Assembly: GCA_965223295.1 (NCBI GenBank)
Contig: CBDCWC010000003.1
Coordinates: forward strand, 1,760,001 to 1,824,000
Origin: Nitrospirales bacterium
Lineage (GTDB): Bacteria; Nitrospirota; Nitrospiria; Nitrospirales; UBA8639
Reading direction: 5' to 3'
Length of the DNA stretch: 64,000 nucleotides
Positions 39,692 to 50,442 of this stretch are shown piece by piece. Under the pieces are notes generated by a model. That model did no database searches. It worked only from the letters and a program-made list of their open reading frames with translations, and was not told where the DNA came from. Position 1 is the first letter of the stretch. Every line of letters starts with the position of its first letter. The translations under genes and the position numbers were made by a program.

Positions 39692-40771
39692 ATGCGAGTC
39701 GTGATTGCCGCGGGAGGTACCGGAGGACATATCTATCCAGCGATTGCTTATGCAAAAGCCATTCAAGCCTATGATCCTGAGGGACGGATTGTATTTGTAG
39801 GAACAGGAAAAGCCGTGGAACGCAATATTCTCTCTCAAGAAGGATTTTCTCTCGAGTCTATTCAGGTGGAAGGTATTGTGGGGAAGAATCTCTTGAAGAT
39901 GTTGCGTGCGCTTTGGCTCCTGCCTCAATCGCTGTGGCAGGCCATCAATATTCTTCGATCGCCTCCAGCCGATTTAGTTATCGGGACCGGGGGATATTTC
40001 AGCCCACCGGTTATCGTTGCGGCCTGGTTGCTTCAGATTCCCCGAGTCATCCTGGAACCCAATGCCATGCCTGGGTTAGCCAATCGTCTTGTGGGTCCGG
40101 TGGCTAATCGAATTTTCTTAGCGTTCGAAAGTGCCAGATCATTTTTTTCTTCGTCCAAAGTCCGGGTCATTGGGACACCAATCCGTCAGGACTTTGTGTT
40201 GGAACAAGCTCCCGAACCTCCTCAACAGGTCAAACATCTTTTGATATTTGGAGGAAGCCAAGGTGCTCGGGCGATCAATTCTGCCATCCTTGAGGCGCTT
40301 GACCATTCAGAGGCTCTGAGAACATCGGTTACGCTAACCCATCAAACCGGAGCTGAGGATTGTGAGCGAGTGCGGCAAGAGTATCAACAGCGCGGGGTGC
40401 AGGCTGATGTTCAACCATTTCTATTTGATATGCCTAGAGAATTGGCTAAAGCGGATCTCGTGATCTGTCGCGCGGGAGCAAGCACGCTGGCGGAGTTGGC
40501 CGCTTGTGGGAAAGTTGGCATTCTCATTCCCTTTCCTTACGCCACTCATAATCATCAAGAAATGAATGCACGCGCCATGGAACAATCAGGTGCGGCGAGA
40601 ATGTTGCTCCAATCTGAATTAACTGGGCAGAGGTTGGCAGAAGAAATTCAAGGCCTTATGGACGATATCCCATCTTTGCATTTCATGGCTCAGCGCAGTT
40701 GGGAGGGAAGAAAAACTCATGCCACTGAAGAAATGCTTGGCGAATGCCTCTCGTTGGTCAAACGTGACTAG
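39692..40771 (+). CDS. murG: Lipid II GlcNAc transferase
   Basis: GGTGGHIYP, GGSQGA, RAGAST, HQEMNA. Confidence 0.96.
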   Translation: MRVVIAAGGTGGHIYPAIAYAKAIQAYDPEGRIVFVGTGKAVERNILSQEGFSLESIQVEGIVGKNLLKMLRALWLLPQSLWQAINILRSPPADLVIGTGGYFSPPVIVAAWLLQIPRVILEPNAMPGLANRLVGPVANRIFLAFESARSFFSSSKVRVIGTPIRQDFVLEQAPEPPQQVKHLLIFGGSQGARAINSAILEALDHSEALRTSVTLTHQTGAEDCERVRQEYQQRGVQADVQPFLFDMPRELAKADLVICRAGASTLAELAACGKVGILIPFPYATHNHQEMNARAMEQSGAARMLLQSELTGQRLAEEIQGLMDDIPSLHFMAQRSWEGRKTHATEEMLGECLSLVKRD

Positions 40772-41083
40772 GCAGAAATTTTCGTATTAAGTTGCTGGAA
40801 AGATTTTCAACGATACAGAAAAAATCATGGGTTCAATGATCATCTTTAATGAGAGGGATGTGTGCAGGGAATAAAAAAGGCGGATGTCAAGAGGTGAACC
40901 AGACAGTGGCCATGCCCCCGCTTGCTGACCATGAATGTGCTTGTATCCCTATTTTGGTATCGAACACCTATCAAGGGAACCAAGAGGCCATGACAAGAAT
41001 CGAGTCTGTTTCTGTTTCAAAAATGAAGCCTATCTTGATGACGTTGAAAAATTTTTCCCGTTCCTCTGGGAGTCAAGGGAGCT

Positions 41084-42460
41084 ATGTTCCGAAAAATTCA
41101 GCACATTCATTTAGTGGGAATTGGTGGGAGTGGCATGAGCGGCATTGCGGAGGTCCTCCTTACCTTAGGCTATAAGGTGACGGGTTCCGATACCGGATAT
41201 TCCGACAGCATTCGCCGGTTAGAAGAAATGGGTGGAATCGTGTCAATCGGACATGATGAATCACATATTGAAGGCGCCCAGGTCGTAGTCATGTCATCAG
41301 CTATTGCTTCGTCAAACCCCGAAATTCGTGCGGCACGAGCTAAAGTGATTCCAGTCATCCCTCGCGCTGAAATGTTGGCCGAATTGATGCGACTGAAATT
41401 CGGGATTGCGATAGCGGGCGCACATGGAAAAACCACAACAACGTCTATGGTGGCGTCGATTCTGGCCCAGGCTGGCTTGGACCCGACGTTTGTGGTGGGT
41501 GGGAAAGTCAATGCCATGGGGACTCATGCCCGGTTAGGTCGAAGTGACCTTCTGATTGCGGAAGCCGATGAGAGCGATGGATCGTTCTTGCGTTTGTCTC
41601 CTTCCGTCGTGGTGGTCACCAACATGGATCGAGAGCATCTGGAACATTATGGAAGCATGGATCGATTGCAGGAAGCGTTTTTAGAATTTATCAACAAGAT
41701 TCCATTCTACGGTGCGGCGATTCTGTGTGCCGATGATCCGTGGATTCGTGGGCTGTTGCCTGGGATCGTCAAACGCTATCAGACTTTTGGCATGAATGAT
41801 TTTTCGGGTGTGCTGACCCCGGATTTATGCGCAACGGATATTGAATCAAGGGCTCTGGGTGTAGAATTTCGTGCCCATTATCGCGGGCAGAAAATCGGAC
41901 CATTTCGCATTCGTATTCCTGGTGTTCACAATGTCTCGAATGCGCTAGCAGCTATTGGTGTGGCTTTGGAATTAGATGTGCCTGTGGATTTGATTCGATC
42001 AGGCTTGGCGGCGTTTTCCGGAGTGGAGCGGCGATTTCAAATTCGAGGAGAAAAAAATGGCATTTTAGTTGTCGATGACTACGGTCATCACCCCACGGAA
42101 GTTCGTGCGACGTTAGCAGCCGCACGGGCTACCTGGTCTCGACGCATTGTTGTGATCTTTCAGCCTCATCGATATTCCAGAACGCGAGACCTTGCTAATG
42201 ATTTTGCCAAAGCCTTTGAACAAGCAGACGTGGTGTACATCTTGGATATTTATGCCGCAGGGGAGGAACCCATTCCTGGGGTCAGCGGTCAGACACTTGT
42301 CGAAAAAATCAGTGAGTCTGGTCATGCCGCCGTGTATTGGGTCAATAGCGATCCTGGGATTGTGAACCGGCTACGAGATGATCTGCAGGAGGGAGATGTC
42401 TTGTTGACGTTAGGTGCAGGAGATGTGTGGAAGATTGGGCAGGAATTCTTAACGACGTGA
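41084..42460 (+). CDS. murC: UDP-MurNAc:L-Ala ligase
   Basis: GIGGSGMSG, HGKTTT, EADESD, DDYGHHPTE. Confidence 0.97.
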   Translation: MFRKIQHIHLVGIGGSGMSGIAEVLLTLGYKVTGSDTGYSDSIRRLEEMGGIVSIGHDESHIEGAQVVVMSSAIASSNPEIRAARAKVIPVIPRAEMLAELMRLKFGIAIAGAHGKTTTTSMVASILAQAGLDPTFVVGGKVNAMGTHARLGRSDLLIAEADESDGSFLRLSPSVVVVTNMDREHLEHYGSMDRLQEAFLEFINKIPFYGAAILCADDPWIRGLLPGIVKRYQTFGMNDFSGVLTPDLCATDIESRALGVEFRAHYRGQKIGPFRIRIPGVHNVSNALAAIGVALELDVPVDLIRSGLAAFSGVERRFQIRGEKNGILVVDDYGHHPTEVRATLAAARATWSRRIVVIFQPHRYSRTRDLANDFAKAFEQADVVYILDIYAAGEEPIPGVSGQTLVEKISESGHAAVYWVNSDPGIVNRLRDDLQEGDVLLTLGAGDVWKIGQEFLTT

Positions 42461-42602
42461 GAGGCGAGAAGTCAATGAAGTGAAAAGCAAGAAGGGAGCA
42501 GCAAGGATACCTGTTCCTCGTGTTTTTTCTCTCCTGACTTTTTTCTTCTCAGGTTGCACTTGGACAAGAGAGTTTGGTGAATGAAATTAGATCAAGACGG
42601 TC

Positions 42603-43526
42603 ATGAAGCAATCGTCACGAAACAAATCATTCATGCCTGTGCTTCGTCGAACTCTATCCCATATCAAAGGAGAAATTTTCTGGCACGAACCTTTGGCCTC
42701 ACATACATCTCTCCAAGTCGGGGGACCAGCTGATGCATTGGTGTTTCCCGTCGATGTGGAGGATGTGATCCGTCTGGTACGAGAGGCGCGAGTGAATCAT
42801 GTTCCTTTGATGGTCTTGGGTGGAACAAACGTGGTGATTCGAGATAAAGGCATTCGAGGCATTGTGATGCAGTTAAAGCATTTACATCAGATACACGAAA
42901 ATCCGAAGCATGTGGTCTATGCACAAGCTGGTGTGAGGTTGCCGCGATTAATGCAATTTGCTTTGGGTCGGAAACTTTCAGGAATGGAATGGGCAGCAGG
43001 AATTCCGGGAACGGTGGGTGGGGGCGTCGTGATGAATGCTGGAACCCATTTAGGTGAGATGCAGGATGTGTTGCAGGCCGTGGATTTTGTCACAATGTAT
43101 GGCAAACGGAAACGGATAGAGGGTTCAGCCTTATTATTTGAATATCGGAAGACAGTCCTTCCAAAAGGTTTTGTGGTTGGCGCGTGGATGCAACTCAGAT
43201 CGGCAGCCAAAGAAACGATTCAGGCTGCCACGAAACAGTACTTGCAGTATCGAAAGTCGACCCAACCACTCACGCTGCCCAATGCTGGTTCGGTGTTTCA
43301 AAATCCTGACGGAGATTCGGCTGGCCGCTTAATCGAAGCGGCAGGGTTGAAAGGGTTACGAATCGGGGATGCTGAAGTTTCGACAAAGCATGCCAATTTT
43401 ATCGTGAACAAGGGAACGGCAACGGCCGAGCAGGTCCTTCAGTTAGTCAGAAAGGTTCGTGAACAGGTTGCGAGAAAATTTGGTATTCGTTTGAAGTTGG
43501 AATGGAAAGTGGTTGGGGAGCGCTGA
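42603..43526 (+). CDS. murB: UDP-N-acetylenolpyruvoylglucosamine reductase
   Basis: GIPGTVGG..MNAG, AGSVFQNP, HANF. Confidence 0.95.
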   Translation: MKQSSRNKSFMPVLRRTLSHIKGEIFWHEPLASHTSLQVGGPADALVFPVDVEDVIRLVREARVNHVPLMVLGGTNVVIRDKGIRGIVMQLKHLHQIHENPKHVVYAQAGVRLPRLMQFALGRKLSGMEWAAGIPGTVGGGVVMNAGTHLGEMQDVLQAVDFVTMYGKRKRIEGSALLFEYRKTVLPKGFVVGAWMQLRSAAKETIQAATKQYLQYRKSTQPLTLPNAGSVFQNPDGDSAGRLIEAAGLKGLRIGDAEVSTKHANFIVNKGTATAEQVLQLVRKVREQVARKFGIRLKLEWKVVGER

Positions 43527-43604
43527 GCGATGACAGAGTGAGAAGTATGAGAAAAGACAACCACACAAACTTGAAGTCACATTAGAGGATATAAGTAGGA
43601 AGCT

Positions 43605-44567
43605 ATGAGCAGGAGGTCTTTACGTGTCGGTGTTCTCATGGGGGGGACTTCAGCAGAGCGCGAAATTTCTTTAAAGACCGGCCGATCTGTTTGTCAATCC
43701 TTACGCCGCCGCCGGTATACCGTGGTGCCTATTGATGCCGGTGCGACGTTGCCGCAGCAACTCCGCGCCAAGAGGGTTTCAGTCGCGTTTATCGCGCTTC
43801 ATGGATTAGGTGGAGAAGATGGCACGGTTCAGGGCCTCTTGGAAATTATGAATATTCCCTACACTGGATCGGGTGTGAGTGCGAGTGCTGTTTGTATGGA
43901 TAAAGGGTTGACCCGTGTGCTGCTTCAGGCTGCGGGTGTACCTGTCCCTGCTGGGAAAATCGTACATCGTACATCACCGCCCGCTGCTTCGCCACGTGGT
44001 ATTGGCTGGCCTCTTGTCGTTAAGCCTTGTATGGAAGGGTCCAGTCTTGGGGTGTCGATTGTGAAAAGTTCCGCAGGGTGGAAGAACGCCTTACGGAAGG
44101 CGTTTCGACATGGAGAACAAGCGGTGGTCGAAAAATATATTCCAGGTCGTGAGGTGGCCATTGGGATCCTGGATCACCGGACATTACCGGCTGTTGAAGT
44201 TATTGCACCAGGCGGGTTTTACAATTTTAGGGCGAAGTATGGAAAAGCCGGCACCCAATATCTTTGTCCTGCTTCCCTCACACCTCGTTTACAGCGGTTA
44301 TTGAATGCACAGAGTCTCCAAGCATATCAGGCTTTGGGATGTTGTGGCGCCGCCCGTGTTGATTTTCGGATTCATCCCAATGGACGTCCCTATGTTCTGG
44401 AGCTGAACACCATTCCTGGAATGACAGAGCGAAGTTTACTGCCGATGGCTGCAGCTCAAGAGGGCATGACTTACGATGACTTGGTAGAAGCCATGTTGCA
44501 AGAAGCCCTACAAAAGCGAAGAAGACCTTCTGAAAACGTCAAGACCCTGAAAAGGAAAACGGCATAA
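43605..44567 (+). CDS. ddl: D-alanine-D-alanine ligase
   Basis: GGTSAEREIS, LHG..GEDG, GSSLG, ELNTIPG. Confidence 0.95.
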   Translation: MSRRSLRVGVLMGGTSAEREISLKTGRSVCQSLRRRRYTVVPIDAGATLPQQLRAKRVSVAFIALHGLGGEDGTVQGLLEIMNIPYTGSGVSASAVCMDKGLTRVLLQAAGVPVPAGKIVHRTSPPAASPRGIGWPLVVKPCMEGSSLGVSIVKSSAGWKNALRKAFRHGEQAVVEKYIPGREVAIGILDHRTLPAVEVIAPGGFYNFRAKYGKAGTQYLCPASLTPRLQRLLNAQSLQAYQALGCCGAARVDFRIHPNGRPYVLELNTIPGMTERSLLPMAAAQEGMTYDDLVEAMLQEALQKRRRPSENVKTLKRKTA

Positions 44568-45388
44568 TGGGTGTTCGAGAAATCGCTTCTTCAAAATCGC
44601 CCCGTAAAAATCGATCACTCAAGCGGGGAGATGTTGTTGGAAGAAAAGAAACAGCGCGCGCCAAATCGCCTGCTCGACGGGTCGTCATAGGCAGTCTCCT
44701 GGCCTGTCTTTTGGTCGTGCTCATGGTTGGTGGGCGAGTGGCGATACAGTCGATCAATGAATGGACCAAGATTCAACAAACCACAATTTTAGGCATGGAT
44801 CATCTTTCGCGAGAGGAGATTTCCACTGAATTGAACTTGGCTCCCGATTCAAGTTTGTGGTCCATCGATACTGATCATCTCAGAGAACAGTTGGAGGTTC
44901 ATCCTTGGATTCGTTCTGTGAGGTTTGAGCGTGTTTTCCCCAACACTCTGGTTGTTCAAATTGAAGAACGGGAACCTGTGGCTGTGTTGAAATCATCAAA
45001 ACAAGAACATCTACTGGATGTAGATGGCTATTTGTTGCCTGGGGAGACAGCGAAGGTTCACAGGGGTTTGCCAGTTCTTGAGGGACTCACATTGAAATAT
45101 TTTGCCGAGCATGAAGACGAAAGCCATCAACGTGCAAAAGAAGGCATTCATTTGGCGGCCCTGTTGTCAGAGCGTTTTTCGGGCCGGCCGCGAGTGAATG
45201 TGGCCCATGATCATACAACAGTAGTGGATCTTCCGCGTCTTCGAGTTCAATTTGGATCAGACGCTGAACAACAGTGGGGGAGGTTCTTGGTTCTCTATCC
45301 CAGTATCAAAAGCACGATCGGGCGGTATAGGCAAGAAGTGGATTTGAGATTTTCTCAAAAGGTCATTCTTCGCAAGAGGACATTGTAA
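44567..45388 (+). CDS. ftsQ: Cell division protein FtsQ/DivIB
   Basis: TM helix plus POTRA (PWIRSV..RVFPNTL..EREP); position in cluster. Confidence 0.85.
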   Translation: MGVREIASSKSPRKNRSLKRGDVVGRKETARAKSPARRVVIGSLLACLLVVLMVGGRVAIQSINEWTKIQQTTILGMDHLSREEISTELNLAPDSSLWSIDTDHLREQLEVHPWIRSVRFERVFPNTLVVQIEEREPVAVLKSSKQEHLLDVDGYLLPGETAKVHRGLPVLEGLTLKYFAEHEDESHQRAKEGIHLAALLSERFSGRPRVNVAHDHTTVVDLPRLRVQFGSDAEQQWGRFLVLYPSIKSTIGRYRQEVDLRFSQKVILRKRTL

Positions 45389-45391
45389 GCT

Positions 45392-46645
45392 ATGACAAAA
45401 AAAGAACACATTGTAGTGGGTTTAGACATTGGAACGACCAAAATTTGCGCAGTCGTTGGCGAAATTTTATCTGATCGGTCGGTGAACGTGATTGGCATCG
45501 GTTCGCATCGTTCGACTGGCTTACGCAAGGGCATGGTCGTCAACATGGATAACACGGTGGAATCCATTAAACGGGCCGTGGAAGAAGCCGAACTCATGGC
45601 GGCGGTACAAATCAATTCTGTGTATACCGGCATTGCCGGAGGCCACATTGGGAGTGAGAGCGCACAAGGAGTGGTAGCGTTAAAAAAACGGGAAGTCACA
45701 AAGAATGATATCCGGCGTGCTGTGGATACCGCTCGTGGGTGCGCGGTACCGCCTCCTGATCGGCAAATTTTGCATGTGCTGCCCCGAGAATTCATTGTCG
45801 ACGACCAAGAAGGCATTCGAGATCCCTTAGGCATTGCCGGATCGCGCCTTGAGGTCGATGTTCATATCGTGACGGGAGCGGTTACATCTGCCCAGAATCT
45901 TGCGCGGTGTGTCAGCCGCGCGGGACTAGATGTCGTCGATATTGTCTTACAGCCCCTGGCTTCTAGTGCGGCGGTGTTGTCGTCAGAGGAGAGAGAGTTA
46001 GGGGTGGTGATGGTTGATATTGGTGGAGGCACGACGGACGTCGCGATTTGGGTAGAAGGGTGCATTCGGCATTCGGCCGTCATTCCTATGGGCGGACATC
46101 ATTTAACGTCAGATTTAGCCATTGGGTTACGAACGGCGCCGGAAGATGCTGAAAAAATAAAACTGCAATATGGCGTGGCTAGCAGCCAGTTACTAAATGA
46201 GGAAGAAAATATTGAAGTCCCGAGTGTCGGGGGACGTCCATCCCGAGTCATGCCGCGAGATGTGGTGGCGCAAATACTCTCGCCGCGTGTGGAAGAAATG
46301 TTTGACATGGTGCGTCGGGAAATTCGGAGAGCGGGCTATGACGGAATGTTGGTCGCGGGCGGGGTGTTAACGGGAGGGACTTCGTTGCTTCCGGGGATGT
46401 CTGAAGTTGCCGAGCAGGTTCTGAATCTCTCGGTTCGGTTAGGGCGTCCTTTAGGTGTTGGGGGCCTGCGGGATATCGTGCAAAACCCTATGTATTCTAC
46501 GGCTGTTGGTTTGATCGTGCATTCCGTGAGTGAAGAAAACGAATTCGAAGTGGTCGGGGCCGGAGGTGGAAAGTCTACCAAATCCTCACGATGGATGGGG
46601 GGAATGGTCTTCAAGATGAAGAGCTGGGTCATGAACTTTTTTTAA
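45392..46645 (+). CDS. ftsA: Cell division protein FtsA
   Basis: GLDIGTTK, DIGGGTTD, LTGG. Confidence 0.96.
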   Translation: MTKKEHIVVGLDIGTTKICAVVGEILSDRSVNVIGIGSHRSTGLRKGMVVNMDNTVESIKRAVEEAELMAAVQINSVYTGIAGGHIGSESAQGVVALKKREVTKNDIRRAVDTARGCAVPPPDRQILHVLPREFIVDDQEGIRDPLGIAGSRLEVDVHIVTGAVTSAQNLARCVSRAGLDVVDIVLQPLASSAAVLSSEERELGVVMVDIGGGTTDVAIWVEGCIRHSAVIPMGGHHLTSDLAIGLRTAPEDAEKIKLQYGVASSQLLNEEENIEVPSVGGRPSRVMPRDVVAQILSPRVEEMFDMVRREIRRAGYDGMLVAGGVLTGGTSLLPGMSEVAEQVLNLSVRLGRPLGVGGLRDIVQNPMYSTAVGLIVHSVSEENEFEVVGAGGGKSTKSSRWMGGMVFKMKSWVMNFF

Positions 46646-46757
46646 TCCATGGAAGGAAAGGAGCACTCGACATCCATGTCCTCGTTCGCCACAACATTGC
46701 AACAACAATTTCATGTAACCACAATCTGCCGCAGTGATGGCAGAAAGGAGGCGTCCA

Positions 46758-47972
46758 ATGTTTTCAATGTCTGATGAAGAACAATCGGCGATCAACATTA
46801 AGGTTGTCGGAGTCGGCGGTGCAGGCTGCAATGCCGTGAATACCATGATTGAATCGGGTCTGAGCCGCGTAGAGTTTGTGGTGGCCAATACGGATTTGCA
46901 GGCGCTTGGACGTTCAATGGCTTCCTATAAGATTCAATTGGGTCCTGAGCGTGCGCGTGGTCTGGGAGCTGGCGCTCGGCCGGAAGTTGGAAAGGAGTCG
47001 GCTATCGAAAGCGAAACGCAAATTCGAGATGCGCTAGAAGGCTCGGACATGGTGTTTGTCACAGCGGGGATGGGCGGTGGAACTGGAACCGGTGGCGCCC
47101 CAGTGGCCGCAAAAATTGCTCGGGAACTGGGTATTCTTACGGTCGGTGTGGTGACTAAGCCTTTTCAATATGAAGGAAATCGTCGCACCAGTTTTGCAGA
47201 AGAAGGTATTCGCGAATTGAAAAAACATGTGGATTCTCTTCTGATCATCCCTAATCAAAAGTTACTCGGGTTGGTGGATAAAAACACGCCACTCCTTGAA
47301 GCCTTTAAGATTGCGGATGATGTCTTGCGACAGGCGATTCAAGGTATTTCCGATGTGATTACCACTCCAGGTTTAGTGAATGTGGATTTTGCGGATGTTC
47401 GAACGGTGATGGGGTATTCTGGTCGTGCCGTCATGGGGATGGGAACTGGCCGAGGTCCGACCAGGGCCGAAGAGGCTGCCCAATTGGCCATTGCCAGTCC
47501 ATTATTGGAAGACGGCAGTGTGGAAGGAGCTCGTGGCTTGTTACTGAACATTACCGGCGGCCCCAGCATGACATTGCATGAAGTCAATGAGGCCTCCAAT
47601 ATTGCGCGTGAGGCCGCCGACCCACAGGCGAATATTATTGTGGGCCAAGTCATTAATCCTGACATGGGTGAAGAATTGACCGTGACGGTGATTGCGACCG
47701 GATTCGAGCAGGGAGAGTCAGTTTTACGGTTCCCGGGCACTCATCAATCAACCCTTGTAGTGGAACCTCTGAAAACGCCGTCTCTGGTATCGGTCGGGGT
47801 CGAGAATGAGGCCGACAATGGCATAGATGATATGGATCGGCCCACATACTTGCGCCGACAGGCTGCGGTACGAAAGACCGGAGAAAATGGCAACGGCAAC
47901 GGTAATGGGAGTTTGCTGGTGGACGATGATTGGGATGTGCCAACGTTTCTCAGAAAAAAACCGGAAAACTAA
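46758..47972 (+). CDS. ftsZ: Cell division protein FtsZ
   Basis: [16 protein letters not shown]-terminal [18 protein letters not shown] before ATG 46758. Confidence 0.98.
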   Translation: MFSMSDEEQSAINIKVVGVGGAGCNAVNTMIESGLSRVEFVVANTDLQALGRSMASYKIQLGPERARGLGAGARPEVGKESAIESETQIRDALEGSDMVFVTAGMGGGTGTGGAPVAAKIARELGILTVGVVTKPFQYEGNRRTSFAEEGIRELKKHVDSLLIIPNQKLLGLVDKNTPLLEAFKIADDVLRQAIQGISDVITTPGLVNVDFADVRTVMGYSGRAVMGMGTGRGPTRAEEAAQLAIASPLLEDGSVEGARGLLLNITGGPSMTLHEVNEASNIAREAADPQANIIVGQVINPDMGEELTVTVIATGFEQGESVLRFPGTHQSTLVVEPLKTPSLVSVGVENEADNGIDDMDRPTYLRRQAAVRKTGENGNGNGNGSLLVDDDWDVPTFLRKKPEN

Positions 47973-48001
47973 GGGCTGATTCCACAGACGAATTTTAAAG
48001 G

Positions 48002-48739
48002 TTGGCGCCTGTGAGTTCGGTGTTGTCTGATGATGGATTCACGAGTGACGTGATTCCTATATGTCATTTCTTTGGCACTCGTGAGTTGCCAAAAGACTTG
48101 CATGCTTTCGTTCAAATAGGAGAAATGACGAATGGGTCTGCAAGATTTCCTTTCATCGCAAGCTTAAAGCAAATACACAGCACTCGGGTTGTGGTGTTTG
48201 ATGGTCCAATAAAGGCTGGAGTCTTGTCGGCGGATGAAGGGGATGCACTTGTCACGGGCCAACCGGAGTTGTTGTTGGTTGTTCGGACCGCCGATTGTGT
48301 TCCCGTGTTGTTAATTGACCAAAAAGTAGGGGTTATTGGAGCCGTTCATGCTGGATGGCGAGGAGCGGTCGGCGGCATCGTTCCCAAGACCATTCAAACC
48401 TGCCTTGAACAATTCGGTTCAGATGTCACACATATGCACGTGGCTATAGGGCCTTCAATTGGTCCCTGTTGTTATGAGGTGGACTCCCAAGTAATCGACC
48501 CCTTGCGTTTTGACTATCCCGATTGGCATGGGGTGCTGCAAGAGACCAGCTCTGGCAAAGGCATGTTGGATCTCAAGCAATTGATTTGGCATCAAATTCT
48601 TGCCAGTGGCGTTCCCGAGCATCAGGTTGAACAAATAACGCATTGTACTCGGTGTCGAGGGGACCTGTTTTTTTCCTACCGTCGTGAGGGAAAAGTTAAC
48701 GGGACGATGATGAGTGGTTTGATGCTGTCATCGAGATAG
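48002..48739 (+). CDS. pgeF: Peptidoglycan editing factor PgeF/YfiH
   Basis: QIHS, TADCVPV, HAGWRG, GPSIGPCCYEV, FFSYRR. Confidence 0.92.
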   Translation: MAPVSSVLSDDGFTSDVIPICHFFGTRELPKDLHAFVQIGEMTNGSARFPFIASLKQIHSTRVVVFDGPIKAGVLSADEGDALVTGQPELLLVVRTADCVPVLLIDQKVGVIGAVHAGWRGAVGGIVPKTIQTCLEQFGSDVTHMHVAIGPSIGPCCYEVDSQVIDPLRFDYPDWHGVLQETSSGKGMLDLKQLIWHQILASGVPEHQVEQITHCTRCRGDLFFSYRREGKVNGTMMSGLMLSSR

Positions 48740-48780
48740 ACCAAAAGCAGGTTCCTATTGACGATACAGTTGCGGCTTGA

Positions 48781-49494
48781 TTGGACGAATCAGTGCTTTC
48801 TTCGAACATTGCTAAAAATGTACAGAACATTCAAGAAGGTATCAGGCAGGCTGCTCTTAGAGTGGCACGGGAGCCTTCCTCCGTGCAATTGGTTGCAGCC
48901 ACCAAGACGGTTGAGCCGAGGCGGCTTATTGAAGCCTATCACGCCGGGGTGCGAATTTTTGGAGAAAATCGACTTCAAGAAGCCCAGGAGAAAGTTCCGG
49001 CTGTTGGCCCCTGTGAAGGTCTGGCTTGGCATTTCATTGGACGTATGCAGCGTCGAAAGCTGAAAGATATTGTTGGGCGTTTTGCCTTACTCCATTCCGT
49101 AGAAAGTCTGGAGCAAGCGAAAAGTATTCAGGCTGTCGCTAAACGATTGGGCATTCGACAGAATATCTTCCTTGAAGTGAATGTGTCAGGAGAAAAGACC
49201 AAAGGAGGTTTTGCTCCTTCAGAAATAAAACAAAATGTGGAGGTCATTGATCAGTTCTCCAATCTGACTATCCAAGGGTTGATGACGCTCCCTCCATTTA
49301 GCGAAAATTCCGAACATGTTCGGCCCTATTTTGCAGAACTTCGTCATATACGTGATTCTCTTGTGCAACAGAACGTAAAGTATAGTAGAGTAAAGGAATT
49401 ATCCATGGGAATGTCCCGTGACTATCAAGTGGCTATTGAGGAAGGCGCGACGATGGTACGGATTGGGACAGCTATTTTTGGCCGGAGACAGTAG
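48781..49494 (+). CDS. yggS: PLP homeostasis protein YggS
   Basis: VAATK, FGENRLQE, WHFIG, LSMGMS, VRIGTAIFG. Confidence 0.95.
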   Translation: MDESVLSSNIAKNVQNIQEGIRQAALRVAREPSSVQLVAATKTVEPRRLIEAYHAGVRIFGENRLQEAQEKVPAVGPCEGLAWHFIGRMQRRKLKDIVGRFALLHSVESLEQAKSIQAVAKRLGIRQNIFLEVNVSGEKTKGGFAPSEIKQNVEVIDQFSNLTIQGLMTLPPFSENSEHVRPYFAELRHIRDSLVQQNVKYSRVKELSMGMSRDYQVAIEEGATMVRIGTAIFGRRQ

Positions 49495-49545
49495 TTCCTT
49501 TTAGGGTGGCAATAGGCAATATTTGCCTTATAGCAAAGGAGGGTC

Positions 49546-49845
49546 ATGTTTATTGCTGGAAATGTGCTAGAAGGTATCGCGACCATACTTGATACGATTT
49601 TATGGTTGTATATGTGGGTGATTATCATTCGGGCACTGATATCTTGGGTGAATCCTGATCCATGGAATCCAATTGTACAATTTTTGCAAAGAGTAACGGA
49701 TCCTGTTCTTTTTCAAATTCGAAAGCGATTAGGGATGGGAAGTATGGGATTTGATTTTTCTCCGATCATTGCTATTCTAATAATTATGTTCCTACAAATT
49801 GCTGTGGTCGGTTCATTGAAAGATTTAGCTATGAGAATGCACTAG
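49546..49845 (+). CDS. yggT: YggT family membrane protein
   Basis: LISWVNPDPWNPIVQFL, DFSPII. Confidence 0.92.
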   Translation: MFIAGNVLEGIATILDTILWLYMWVIIIRALISWVNPDPWNPIVQFLQRVTDPVLFQIRKRLGMGSMGFDFSPIIAILIIMFLQIAVVGSLKDLAMRMH

Positions 49846-49869
49846 AAGGTGCAGAGAAAGGGTATGACT

Positions 49870-50418
49870 ATGAAAATTACACCGTTGGATATTCAACATA
49901 AAGTGCTTGAGACACAATGGCGGGGATATCATAAAATCCAGGTTGATCAGTTTTTGGAGGAGATAGCCGAATCTGTTGAAGAACTGACTAAAGAAAATTT
50001 AGTCATGAAGCAACAATTGTCCGGGAAAGATGAAGAACTCAATCAATTGAAACGGGCTGAATCGACTTTGACCAGTACCCTCATATCCACACAATCCTTT
50101 GTGGATCAACTGAAGCGTGGTGCGCAACGGGATGCTGATCTGATCGTTAAGGAAGCCGAACTGAAAGCCGAAGAGATTCTCTCGCAGAGCCGGGCCGAGT
50201 TAGTGGAGATGCGACGGACGATTTCTGGCTTGCGTCAACAACGTGCCTTAGTGCTGGATCGCTTACGCTCTACGTTAAACTCTTTTCATCGATTGGTCGA
50301 AGTGGAGGAGCAGGCTGATGCCTCTCCTGATTCCTTATTTGAAGAGTCTGAAGCAGCGGCAGAGTCGGATTTCTCTCAGTTAAATGCTGAACCTGCTGCA
50401 CATCGGGAAGCGGGATAA
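49870..50418 (+). CDS. divIVA: DivIVA domain protein
   Basis: ITPLDI..RGY..VDQFL plus coiled coil. Confidence 0.88.
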   Translation: MKITPLDIQHKVLETQWRGYHKIQVDQFLEEIAESVEELTKENLVMKQQLSGKDEELNQLKRAESTLTSTLISTQSFVDQLKRGAQRDADLIVKEAELKAEEILSQSRAELVEMRRTISGLRQQRALVLDRLRSTLNSFHRLVEVEEQADASPDSLFEESEAAAESDFSQLNAEPAAHREAG

Positions 50419-50442
50419 TGGTTCCTTTTCTCCCATGATTCA

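Noticed and set aside
40849-41175. 108-aa ORF in the murG-murC gap
   Set aside because: Overlaps murC out of frame and has no recognisable motif.
47886-47910. GGCAAC microrepeat in ftsZ
   Set aside because: In-frame NG repeat in the disordered linker; ordinary.
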